A stretch of 64,000 nt of DNA from contig CAYSOG010000001.1 of the NCBI GenBank assembly GCA_964432675.1, positions 4,523 to 68,522 on the forward strand, written 5' to 3'. This DNA is from an uncultured Gammaproteobacteria bacterium (GTDB lineage: Bacteria > Patescibacteriota > Microgenomatia > CAYSOG01). The position numbers and the translations under genes were made by a program. A model generated the notes under the pieces. It did no database searches, was not told where the DNA came from, and saw only the letters and a list, made by a program, of their open reading frames with translations. How positions within the stretch are numbered: the first letter of the stretch is position 1; each line of letters starts with the position of its first letter. Shown one piece after another: positions 9,445 to 18,760 of the stretch.

Positions 9445-10434
9445 ATGGATCAACCAGGGGAATTAATACAACCAAAGCCACCTGAGAAACAAGAACAGAA
9501 AGATCTGTTTGATATTCTTAGCCAAATGCTGCAACAAAAACAGCAGCAGGTAGTCCATGATTTTAAGGCCAAACATAAACAGTTTAACCAATGGTTGACT
9601 GCCAATAACCATCAATTAGTGAAAGTTCAAGGGCACTTGGTGCGATTTGTCTTAGCGAGTGGTTTTTCTGCATCGATCATTATTGCGACAGCGTTACCAG
9701 GAGGGGGGGTGCAAGCGTCACCGCCGGCACCGACACCGATTATCCAACAGACACCGTTTCCTGAAGCGTCTAGCTTACCAGAATTTTCTGGCAAATCATT
9801 ACATGATGTTATTGCCTCATATAAGAGTTGGCCTAGTACGCAGCTCGAAACTGAGCTAGGCATAAGGATTTCTAATGCCACACATATTCAATCTACCGCC
9901 GTCCTTGATGGGCACAAAATGAATAAAAGCGTGGGATTAATGGGCGCTGAACAGCACCTCTACCGTTACCCTGGCGATACGTTAGAAGACCATGTTAAAA
10001 CACCTGACGAACGTGCGATGTATTACGGTTCAGGGATTGCACCAGGATTAGGTGCATGGGGTTACTTTGCCCCGTCAAAGGCAAAGTTCACTGCCGACGA
10101 TGAAGCACGCGAAAAATGGTATGTTGTTGCCCAAACATTCCTTTTCCCTGGCTATTATTCTGACCGCAGTTATCGTGACTGGTTAAAGTATCGAAAAGTC
10201 TTAGTCTATAATCCGCAAAATGGCCAAGCTGTTGTCGGCGATATTGGTGACTCTGGCCCGGCAACCTGGACTGGTAAAACCTACGGTGGTTCTCCCGAAG
10301 TTATGCAGGCTTTAGGTCTTGGTGGCGGACCAAGAAAGGGCGAAGTCATTGTCCTTTTCATTGACGACCCAAATAATACGGTGCCATTGGGTCCGGTAAC
10401 GATGCCAACGCCGCCGCCAACGACAGGGAATTAA
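9445..10434 (+). CDS. Membrane-anchored hypothetical protein with C-terminal double-psi beta-barrel (RlpA/GH75-like) motif
   Basis: TM and Pro-rich linker, then KVLVYNPQNGQAVVGDIGDSGP...GGSPEVMQALG. Confidence 0.6.
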   Translation: MDQPGELIQPKPPEKQEQKDLFDILSQMLQQKQQQVVHDFKAKHKQFNQWLTANNHQLVKVQGHLVRFVLASGFSASIIIATALPGGGVQASPPAPTPIIQQTPFPEASSLPEFSGKSLHDVIASYKSWPSTQLETELGIRISNATHIQSTAVLDGHKMNKSVGLMGAEQHLYRYPGDTLEDHVKTPDERAMYYGSGIAPGLGAWGYFAPSKAKFTADDEAREKWYVVAQTFLFPGYYSDRSYRDWLKYRKVLVYNPQNGQAVVGDIGDSGPATWTGKTYGGSPEVMQALGLGGGPRKGEVIVLFIDDPNNTVPLGPVTMPTPPPTTGN

Positions 10435-10435
10435 T

Positions 10436-10777
10436 ATGAAAATATCAAAAAGTTTACTCTCAGAAGAATCATTAATGAAGGAATTGGGATTAACCGATTT
10501 CGACCCAAATCACCAGGAAGAACTATTTACCCTGATGATGGACATTCTTGAAATTAAAGTGCTTGATTGTGTTCTTTCAGAATTATCGGAAGAAGACAAA
10601 CGGCAGTTTACTGTTATCTTACTTGGAGAAAATACCGATGCTGCTAAAGAATTCTTGGATCGACGGATAAAAGGTTTAGATAAAAAGCTTGAACAAGTGG
10701 TGCAAGCTTTTAAAGAAGAATTAGTTGCAGACGTTTTGGAAGCCAAAAAAGAATTATTAAAGAAGCAGAAGAGTTGA
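10436..10777 (+). CDS. DUF5663-like helical protein
   Basis: ELGL......QEE.....LE..V...LSEED pattern typical of CPR. Confidence 0.7.
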   Translation: MKISKSLLSEESLMKELGLTDFDPNHQEELFTLMMDILEIKVLDCVLSELSEEDKRQFTVILLGENTDAAKEFLDRRIKGLDKKLEQVVQAFKEELVADVLEAKKELLKKQKS

Positions 10778-10819
10778 GCTGTTTAACCGACGTGTTTAGG
10801 AAGAATTTACCGCTGTCAT

Positions 10820-12439
10820 ATGGATAGAGAAAGCCATGATTTGGCCCGCCGCATAGAAACTAATAGTATTACCTTCGAAAGCCCTGACCATTTAGCAGTC
10901 AAAACTATTCCCACCTTAGAGCGATATTTATTGGAACTCAAGCTAAAAGGCAATGAACAATACCAAGCTGGTTACCAGCTAATGGTTGATGTCGCAAGAG
11001 ATATAAGTGAAAAGCATGGCATGGCATTGTTAGTCGGGGGTGCTGTGCGTGACATGATTCAAGGGAACCTAGTGAAAGATTTTGATTTGGAAGTTTATGA
11101 CCTTAGTGTTGACGAGCTAGCGGCAGTTGCCAAAAGGTATGGCAAAGTTTCTGAAGTTGGTAAGTCATTTGGCATTCTAAAAGTCGCGACAAGTTCGGGT
11201 ATTGATTTGGATTTATCACAGCCTCGCGAGGACTCTAAAATTGGTGAGGGTCACAAAGGATTTGCTGTAAGAACTGACCAGTCAATGTTAATACGCGAAG
11301 CTTGCCAAAGACGTGACTTTACGATTAATGCTATGGCAGCCGACCCCATAAGTGGCAAAATATATGACCCATATGGCGGCTTTGAGGATTTAGAAGAAGG
11401 TGTACTGCGCGTTGTTGACCCTGTAACGTTTGTTGAAGACCCACTAAGAGTAATGCGGGGCGTGCAGTTTGCCGGCCGGTTTAATTTAACGCCTGATGCC
11501 AAAACGCTCGAGGTCATGCGCGCATTATCACCAAAACTTACCGAATTACCAAGCGAGCGATTATTTGAAGAATGGAAAAAACTGTTATTAAAATCTGAAA
11601 AGCCTTCTGTAGGCTTGCAGCTTGCCAAAGACGCTGGTGTTTTGGCTGCCGTACACCCTGAATTTCTACCGCTTGAAGAAACTGAGCAAGATCCAAGATG
11701 GCACCCGGAAGGTGATGTATTTGTCCATACAAAATTAGGTTTAGACCAGGCAGCAAAAATTATTCGGCGTGACAATTTTGCTGATAACGAAGCACTAACC
11801 TTAATGCTCGCTATCCTTTGCCATGACTTGGGAAAACCCCAAACCACAAAGCGCGACGAACATGGCCATATTACTGCCCATGGCCATGATGAGGCGGGTG
11901 TTTTACCATCAAAGCAATTTTTACGAACCATTCATGCCGACACTCTGACTAAAGACAAAGTTACCAAATTAGTCGAATATCACATGTGGCCGCATAATAC
12001 ATTCCAAATGTATGGTCGTGGCCAAGACACAACAGATGGTGCGGTACGGAAACTTGCCCATCGCTTATTTCCAGCGACAATTGATGAATTGGCATACTTA
12101 GCAGAAGCTGACCACTCCGGCACCGGGTATTATGTGGGTGAAGACAGTCGACTAGTATTGCCAGTGCATTTTCAGGAAGGAATTTGGTTGCGCCAAAAAG
12201 CATCTGCGCTCAGTGTTGAAAAGGGTAGGCCCCAGCCGGTTATTCGGGGTCAAGATTTGCTATCACTGGGGTTAGAGCCAGGGGCAAAGTTTGGTGAGAT
12301 CATTCGACTTGCCGAGCAATTACATAACGACGACGGTGTATCGAAGGAGGCAATCTTAGCGAGCATAAAAGATGTTTCAAGCACTGAGGAAGCAATTGAT
12401 CGCTTACATAGTCAGGTAGTATCAGTTAGTGCGCTCTAA
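10820..12439 (+). CDS. cca: tRNA nucleotidyltransferase with HD domain (paralog 1)
   Basis: VGGAVRD, DFDLE, RRDFTINAM, EDPLRVMR, WHPEGDVFVH, CHDLGK. Confidence 0.88.
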   Translation: MDRESHDLARRIETNSITFESPDHLAVKTIPTLERYLLELKLKGNEQYQAGYQLMVDVARDISEKHGMALLVGGAVRDMIQGNLVKDFDLEVYDLSVDELAAVAKRYGKVSEVGKSFGILKVATSSGIDLDLSQPREDSKIGEGHKGFAVRTDQSMLIREACQRRDFTINAMAADPISGKIYDPYGGFEDLEEGVLRVVDPVTFVEDPLRVMRGVQFAGRFNLTPDAKTLEVMRALSPKLTELPSERLFEEWKKLLLKSEKPSVGLQLAKDAGVLAAVHPEFLPLEETEQDPRWHPEGDVFVHTKLGLDQAAKIIRRDNFADNEALTLMLAILCHDLGKPQTTKRDEHGHITAHGHDEAGVLPSKQFLRTIHADTLTKDKVTKLVEYHMWPHNTFQMYGRGQDTTDGAVRKLAHRLFPATIDELAYLAEADHSGTGYYVGEDSRLVLPVHFQEGIWLRQKASALSVEKGRPQPVIRGQDLLSLGLEPGAKFGEIIRLAEQLHNDDGVSKEAILASIKDVSSTEEAIDRLHSQVVSVSAL

Positions 12440-12479
12440 GCCTGGCAATAACATACAGGAATATGCTACAATTTGGTCC

Positions 12480-13457
12480 ATGAATATAATCGGTAAAAAA
12501 TGGTGGTACTTTGTGCTTTCTGGGCTTATTATTGTGCCAGGACTTATTTCACTACTCCTTTTTGGTTTAAAACTTGGTATTGATTACACTGGTGGCACCC
12601 TGCTTGAGTTAAAGTTCCACGATACTTCTAAGCTCCCACAATCTAATACCGAACTCGCTCAAGTTCTGACGCAAGACGGTGTTCAAGTTGCCTCAATTTC
12701 AAATTCAGGACCGGATACTTATTTGTTTCGGCTAAAGGCGATCGACAACGTTAAAAACGAACAGATCAAGTCGGATTTGTCTCAAAAATTTGGTAATGTC
12801 GAAGAATTACAGTACGATACTGTCGGCCCAACAATCTCTGGTACGCTCAGTTGGAAAACATTCTTGTATCCTATACTTTATCCACTCAAAGTGTTTGGTA
12901 TTTTTATTCCTGATGATAATATAACATTGGCGTTTTCAGCTGTATTTTGGGCCTCGTTAGGTATTTTAGCGTACATTGCCTGGTCATTCCGTAAAATGCC
13001 GAAACCAGCTTCTTCTTGGCGCTTTGGCGTGGCAGCGATTGCAGCATTGTTACATGATGTTCTTGTTGTTATAGGCATATTCTCTATATTAGGGAAGGTG
13101 TTTAATGTTGAAATTGATGCACTATTTATAACGGCACTTTTAACTGTGATGGGCTTCTCGGTCCACGATACCATTGTAGTATTCGACAGAATTCGAGAAA
13201 ATTTGTATAAGTATTCTAGTCAATCGTTTGCGACTGTCGTTAATACTTCTATGATCCAAACCCTTGGCCGGTCATTAACAACATCGTTGACCGTGATCTT
13301 TGTCCTTTTGGCCTTACTGCTTTTTGGTGGCACTTCAATTCGCTGGTTTATTGTCGCTTTGCTAGTTGGTATTATTTCGGGAACGTATTCCTCAATCTTT
13401 AATGCTTCACCAATCTTGGTTGTCTGGCAAGATTATCTCCAAAACAAAAGAAAATAA
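12480..13457 (+). CDS. secF: Protein translocase subunit SecF
   Basis: LGIDYTGG, VGPTIS, ALLHDV, GFSVHDTIVVFDRIREN, GTYSSIFNASP. Confidence 0.97.
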   Translation: MNIIGKKWWYFVLSGLIIVPGLISLLLFGLKLGIDYTGGTLLELKFHDTSKLPQSNTELAQVLTQDGVQVASISNSGPDTYLFRLKAIDNVKNEQIKSDLSQKFGNVEELQYDTVGPTISGTLSWKTFLYPILYPLKVFGIFIPDDNITLAFSAVFWASLGILAYIAWSFRKMPKPASSWRFGVAAIAALLHDVLVVIGIFSILGKVFNVEIDALFITALLTVMGFSVHDTIVVFDRIRENLYKYSSQSFATVVNTSMIQTLGRSLTTSLTVIFVLLALLLFGGTSIRWFIVALLVGIISGTYSSIFNASPILVVWQDYLQNKRK

Positions 13458-13601
13458 CCCTATAGTTGATACATCGCTAATTTTTTGTTATACTTATACC
13501 GTCCTGCTGTGTGTCTGCGTCATAAACGCTGTAACTCGTCGCCGTACCTTCACACAAAAGCTGCGATTATTCGGTAACCGAAGAGCCGAAAGGAATTAAC
13601 C

Positions 13602-13940
13602 GTGAAAGTACTTCATTTGTTTGAGCCTGGTGCAAGCGAGCTTACGCTTGAGGCGTCACAGGTATTAAGCCAACATCTTTTAGATACTGTTGAATTGCAT
13701 GAGCACCAACTGGGTACTGACGAAATGCCACTGACGAGTACTATTATGCGAAGCATATGTCAAAGCCATAGGCCGCATTTTATCGTTCTTGATGCCGAGT
13801 ACCAAGTTGACAATAAGTTTATGCATGATTGTTTGCATCGGCAAAGCGATTTTGGCGTAATAAAAGTACTTTGGTACCTGGCAGAAACTGCCGACGGTAC
13901 CGGCCATCGTTTTTTGCATTTTCCACCAGGTAGGGGCTAA
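13602..13940 (+). CDS. Hypothetical protein
   Basis: GTG start with AAAGGA SD; no recognised motif. Confidence 0.5.
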   Translation: MKVLHLFEPGASELTLEASQVLSQHLLDTVELHEHQLGTDEMPLTSTIMRSICQSHRPHFIVLDAEYQVDNKFMHDCLHRQSDFGVIKVLWYLAETADGTGHRFLHFPPGRG

Positions 13941-13996
13941 CTGATCTCAGAATATCACTCTACAAAAATATTCTAGGGGAGAAAGGATCGAGTGCC

Positions 13997-14491
13997 ATGC
14001 CGCAAGAAGCAGTCTGCGACATTACCTTAAGCGACAAGTATATTTCCCATGAAGTTTGGTACGCTCTCTTTATTGAGTATCATTTCTATCATGTCGATCT
14101 TGGGCATCGGATGGAAATGAAAGGCGATGTACCGGAACGCTTTACAATCGATATAAAGAAATTACTTCATACGGTTAGCTGGAGTGCTATAAATCCTGGA
14201 CAGATGAGTATTGATACCTATTCTGATGTCCATGTCTTTGACCATGGTACGGTTTATACCGTCGTAACATCGCGCGGCGAGTGGCTACCGCTCACAGAGA
14301 AGCTCTATCACCGATATCGTCGTGCGGGATACGGGGAGAGTAACAATACGACATACCGGCTGCTCCGAAATATCGATGAGCGTGGTAAACTCCTTGACTA
14401 TGAATTGCAGCCTTTTGAGGTTGAAGAGGAGCAAAAAGTAAGCCTAGCGGCCTTTGAGTTGGAACGGGAGCCCACCCTTTCACACGACTGA
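13997..14491 (+). CDS. Hypothetical protein
   Basis: ATG with AAAGGA SD; followed by a terminator. Confidence 0.6.
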   Translation: MPQEAVCDITLSDKYISHEVWYALFIEYHFYHVDLGHRMEMKGDVPERFTIDIKKLLHTVSWSAINPGQMSIDTYSDVHVFDHGTVYTVVTSRGEWLPLTEKLYHRYRRAGYGESNNTTYRLLRNIDERGKLLDYELQPFEVEEEQKVSLAAFELEREPTLSHD

Positions 14492-14529
14492 CAACACCGT
14501 AGCATACTTTTAATTCCTCGTTTGAACAC

Positions 14530-14566
14530 GGCGGCCGCTGGATTTCCAGTGAGCCGCCTATTTTTT
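14530..14566 (+). terminator. Intrinsic terminator
   Basis: GGCGGC-CGCTGGA/TCCAGTG-AGCCGCC stem then T-run. Confidence 0.75.
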
Positions 14567-14718
14567 GGCATCTTCTACATTAATCCCATAGTTGCGACCA
14601 TGCCCATTGTTTGCTATAATATCACTTGCCCAAATAGTAGTGGCTCTTTAAAACCATCTGATTGCCGAAAATAGTTTGAGGAGGTTGCGATATGCAATTA
14701 TTCCATTAGGTAGCTTAG

Positions 14719-15582
14719 TTGCTATCAAAGGAGAGTTGCCCGTTGGCTGTTAAACTTACCAAAGGCGGTCTTGTCGACGAGAACGATAAAGAAACGAAAC
14801 TCGTTGACCCTACATTGGGGAATGTGCTGCGATATTGGCGTTACGTTATCGATATTGACCCGGGATATACGATCGGCGATTTAGTCAATTTACTCAGTCA
14901 TGTTGTAGATGAACATCATGTCCTTTCAGCTTTGCTCCATTGTGACCTTGCAGCTTACCTCGAAGCCGCACGGCAATCGGTCCAAGCCAAAGCTGCAATA
15001 GCAGTAGCCGACGAAATTATTCCAGCCGAACCTGATAGTAGTGATGACATAGACTATATCGAAGTTTACAACCACGCTGATATCGACCATTTCGTTCCCG
15101 GTAAAAAAGTCGGCAATCGTCGAACCATGGGTGAATTTACGCCGCCATATACAATTAACCGGAATTGTCATGGCGTTGGCCCTTGGGCTGAACCATATGA
15201 AGGATATAATCAAGAGTTTCCTAATCACCCTGCAACGACTGGCTATGCAATAGAATATACCCCAATTGGGGAACTGCTCGATTACGAAATTCGGTACGAT
15301 CCGAAAATCGAATTTGAAAAAAACTACCTAAAAGGCGATATTGCATTCGCCACCGAAATCAATATTACCTTTGGTGAACTCATCGAAGCAGTGTTTTGGG
15401 AAATCGGTTGGTTTGGAACACCAGAAGGTACGCTTGAAGCAACTGATAATCTTTATGTACTCCAAGATGATGTAAAAAAGATCCAAGATGGTACACTCGA
15501 AACGCACAGTTTCGATGAACTTCTTAAAGAGACATTTGTACTCGATGATGAACTTGATGATGACGCGGCTGACAAGAGCTAA
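14719..15582 (+). CDS. Acidic hypothetical protein (possibly DUF6557-like); start may be TTG 14743
   Basis: YAIEYTPIGELLDYEI and TFGELIEAVFWEIGWFGTPE motifs. Confidence 0.7.
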   Translation: MLSKESCPLAVKLTKGGLVDENDKETKLVDPTLGNVLRYWRYVIDIDPGYTIGDLVNLLSHVVDEHHVLSALLHCDLAAYLEAARQSVQAKAAIAVADEIIPAEPDSSDDIDYIEVYNHADIDHFVPGKKVGNRRTMGEFTPPYTINRNCHGVGPWAEPYEGYNQEFPNHPATTGYAIEYTPIGELLDYEIRYDPKIEFEKNYLKGDIAFATEINITFGELIEAVFWEIGWFGTPEGTLEATDNLYVLQDDVKKIQDGTLETHSFDELLKETFVLDDELDDDAADKS

Positions 15583-15602
15583 CAGTTCTTCAGTATAGCC
15601 AT

Positions 15603-15630
15603 GGCCCCGAATTATTCGGGGCCTTTTTTT
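15603..15630 (+). terminator. Intrinsic terminator
   Basis: GGCCCCGAAT-T-ATTCGGGGCC followed by T7. Confidence 0.85.
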
Positions 15631-16999
15631 ATGCTGAACTATTAATTTCGTGTATTCTCTTTATTAAATAGTCACGATTGTTCTTGGACATATCCTCATC
15701 GACTTCTTCAAATAATTTTTGCAGGGTTTGGCCGATCTTTGGTCCTGGTTTTATATTTAGTTCTTTCATAATGTCATTTCCATTAACTGCAAGATCCTTA
15801 ACCGCAAACGCTGGATGTAGTTCCTTATCAATCCGCTCGCGGAATTTTTTAAGCCGCCAACTTTCTTCGCGCTCTTTGGGGATGCCGCTACCTAACCTGT
15901 CACCAATACGTAAATCAATCATATCCTGGATATTGTCCAATCCGACGTTGCGGATGAAACGGCGGACAGCACTATCAGTCTGAAACTCATCCACACTAAA
16001 TTGGTGCCAGCGAACGAGGGATACCAGTTTGTCCCGGTCTTTTTTTGACAGATGTAATCGGTTTGCAATATTACGGGCAATATTAGCACCGACGACTTCA
16101 TGGTTGTAGAACGTTGGGTTACCACGGGCGTCACGGCCTAATACTTGCGGCTTGCCAACGTCGTGCAGTAAGGCTGCAAAGCGGACGAGTGGGTCTTTGC
16201 TTGGCGTTGTCTTAAGTGATAAAAAGCAATGTGTGCCGACATCATAAATATGGTGCCGGTTAGGTCCAATTTGTTCTATCCCAAAGCATTGCTCTAACTC
16301 TGGTAAAATTTCTGCCAATAACCCGGTATTACGTAAAATCATAAAGCCGTCATACGGAAAATCGGATGCCAAAATTTTGAATAGTTCATCCCTAATTCTT
16401 TCACCCGAAATATGGGTAATCAGCACGACGTTTTTTTGGATTGCCGCAAAAGTTTTTTCCTCAATTTGAAAAGAAAGCTGTGCCGCAAACCGAACGGCGC
16501 GGAGCATCCGCAGTGCATCTTCATTAAACCGCTCATGTGCATCGCCGACGGCACGAATAAGTTTTCGTTCAAGATCTTCCTGTCCGTCAAAAGGGTCGAT
16601 AATATTTGAAACTTGAAGCTTGAAGCTTGAAACGTCCACTGCCATTGCGTTGATGGTAAAATCACGGCGGGTTAAGTCTTCGTCAATAGTTTTACCCCAA
16701 GTAACTTCGTCGGGATGACGTTTATTCGAGTATCCTTTTTCGCTGCGAAAAGTTGTAATCTCGACAATGCCAAAATTTTCTGTTGGAATACCGACAGTGC
16801 CATATATGTTATCGTAAAAAGCATTTGGAAATAATTTTTGGATTTGGTCTGGTATGGCGTTTGTCGTGAAGTCAAAATCTTTAGCTTCTTTTTTAAGCAA
16901 AAGATCACGGACACTTCCCCCAACAAGATATATTAAATAACCAGCATCGACAATTTTTTCACTGATTGTTTCAACTTCCTTTGGCAACTCTAAATTCAT
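15629..16999 (-). CDS. cca: CCA tRNA nucleotidyltransferase with HD domain (paralog 2)
   Basis: VGGSVRD, DFDFTT, EITTFRSE..Y...RHP, DEDLTRRDFTINAM, EDALRMLRA, LHDVGK. Confidence 0.92.
   Translation of the reverse strand: MNLELPKEVETISEKIVDAGYLIYLVGGSVRDLLLKKEAKDFDFTTNAIPDQIQKLFPNAFYDNIYGTVGIPTENFGIVEITTFRSEKGYSNKRHPDEVTWGKTIDEDLTRRDFTINAMAVDVSSFKLQVSNIIDPFDGQEDLERKLIRAVGDAHERFNEDALRMLRAVRFAAQLSFQIEEKTFAAIQKNVVLITHISGERIRDELFKILASDFPYDGFMILRNTGLLAEILPELEQCFGIEQIGPNRHHIYDVGTHCFLSLKTTPSKDPLVRFAALLHDVGKPQVLGRDARGNPTFYNHEVVGANIARNIANRLHLSKKDRDKLVSLVRWHQFSVDEFQTDSAVRRFIRNVGLDNIQDMIDLRIGDRLGSGIPKEREESWRLKKFRERIDKELHPAFAVKDLAVNGNDIMKELNIKPGPKIGQTLQKLFEEVDEDMSKNNRDYLIKRIHEINSSA
16606..16633. repeat. 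4 x 7-nt tandem repeat (TTGAARC) inside cca
   Basis: ttgaaac ttgaagc ttgaagc ttgaaac. Confidence 0.8.
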
Positions 17000-17041
17000 A
17001 CCACAATTTTAGCAGGTTCTTCGATGGTATAATAGTGAGCT

Positions 17042-18760
17042 ATGCAGCAGAAAGTTTGGGAAATTAACAATAAATGGAAAGCGGAAGGTGGGAAGCGGAA
17101 AGTTGATGAGATTGTCAACGAGTTACTCATCCAAAGAGGTGTTAGGACAAAAAAGCAGAAAGACACCTTTCTTCATCCCAAGCTTGAATCGCTGATAGAC
17201 GCTATACCATTCCCGCAGATGGACAAAGCACTCAAACGGATAGAAAAAGCCATCAAATCGAAGGAAAAGATTGCTATTTTTTCCGATTACGATGCTGATG
17301 GTATTTGTGCAACCGCCATCCTTTGGGAAACAATTCACGAATTAGGTGGCGACGTTATGCCATACGTACCCGACCGTATTGCAGAAGGCTACGGCCTCTC
17401 TGTTTATGCCGCAAAAAAGTTGGCCGAAGAAAAGATTAATCTCATCATCACGGTCGATAACGGTATTACTGCGGTCGAGGCAGTCAATACCGCTAACGCG
17501 CTTGGTGTTGACATCATTATCACCGACCATCACCAAAAACCAACTGTTCTACCAAAACCGTATGCATTTGTTTGGAGTGATAAAATTTGTGGCACTGTTG
17601 TTGCCTGGTATTTGGCAAAAGCACTTACCAAGCACAAAGATCTAAAGTCTCACCTTGAATTAGCAGCGCTTGCAACGATCGCGGACGTTATGCCTCTGGT
17701 TGATGTTAATCGGACGATTGTTAAGTTTGGCTTAGAAGAGTTGAATAAGACGAAGCGTGTCGGATTGATAGCGTTGTTTAACGAAGCGGGGCTTGAACTA
17801 GGAAAAGTCGGCTGGTGGGAAATTGGACATGTTATTGCCCCAAGGCTTAACGCCATGGGCCGATTAGAAAATGCCATGGACTCACTTCGCCTTTTGTGTA
17901 CAACTAATCCGCTTAAAGCAAAGTCGTTAGCGATGACATTGGCGAGAACCAATACTGAGCGCCAAAAGTTGACCGAAAAGATGGTTACCGATGCTCGGCT
18001 ATTATATAACCAGGATTTTACAGTTGGCGTGTTAGCTCATGAAACCTGGCATGAGGGAGTTGTTGGGCTTGTTGCAGGTAGGATGACAGAGGCCTTTTAT
18101 CGCCCAATGATAGCAATCGCTAAAGGCGAAGAGTTTTCCAAAGGCAGCGCCAGGTCAATTCCAGGATTTAATATTATTGAAGCCTTGCGAAGTCTTGATG
18201 GTGTATTTGAAAACATTGGCGGGCACCCAATGGCAGCAGGCTTTACTATTCGAACCGAAAATATTGCCAAACTTGAAAAGCAACTCTTGAAGGTTGCCGA
18301 AAAACAATTAACCAATGGCCTTTTGCAACGCAAACTGCGTGTTGATCTAGAATTATCAATAAGCGAATTAACAAGGTCACTTTATGATGCGCTTGAGCAA
18401 CTTTCTCCTTTTGGCAATGGTAATCCTGAACCAATTTTTGTAACGCGCCGACTAGAAGTTGAAGAGGTAAAGAAAGTTGGTAGCACTGGTAAGCATATTA
18501 AACTTCGTGTCTGTCAAGCTGATGATGGCGATCTACTAAATGGTGAAGAAGTAGAAGCTGATGTGACCGATTTACAAAATTATTTCAGCTTACCACCGAA
18601 ACCTTTTTTCGAAGCTATCGGTTTTGGTATGGGGGAATTATTAAAACATTTGCGGCCAGGGCAGATTATTGATATAGCTTATACTCTCTCACTAAATACC
18701 TGGCATGACGTTAGCCGCATCGAATTGAAAATTAAAGATATGCGGTTTTCAGATCAATAA
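17042..18760 (+). CDS. recJ: Single-stranded-DNA-specific exonuclease RecJ
   Basis: DYDADG, TVDNG, TDHH, ATIADVMPL, PRLNAMGRL, GSARS, GGHPMAAG, PFGNGNPEP. Confidence 0.97.
   Translation: MQQKVWEINNKWKAEGGKRKVDEIVNELLIQRGVRTKKQKDTFLHPKLESLIDAIPFPQMDKALKRIEKAIKSKEKIAIFSDYDADGICATAILWETIHELGGDVMPYVPDRIAEGYGLSVYAAKKLAEEKINLIITVDNGITAVEAVNTANALGVDIIITDHHQKPTVLPKPYAFVWSDKICGTVVAWYLAKALTKHKDLKSHLELAALATIADVMPLVDVNRTIVKFGLEELNKTKRVGLIALFNEAGLELGKVGWWEIGHVIAPRLNAMGRLENAMDSLRLLCTTNPLKAKSLAMTLARTNTERQKLTEKMVTDARLLYNQDFTVGVLAHETWHEGVVGLVAGRMTEAFYRPMIAIAKGEEFSKGSARSIPGFNIIEALRSLDGVFENIGGHPMAAGFTIRTENIAKLEKQLLKVAEKQLTNGLLQRKLRVDLELSISELTRSLYDALEQLSPFGNGNPEPIFVTRRLEVEEVKKVGSTGKHIKLRVCQADDGDLLNGEEVEADVTDLQNYFSLPPKPFFEAIGFGMGELLKHLRPGQIIDIAYTLSLNTWHDVSRIELKIKDMRFSDQ
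17075..17102. repeat. 4 x degenerate 7-nt tandem repeat in the recJ 5' end
   Basis: tggaaag cggaagg tgggaag cggaaag. Confidence 0.65.
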
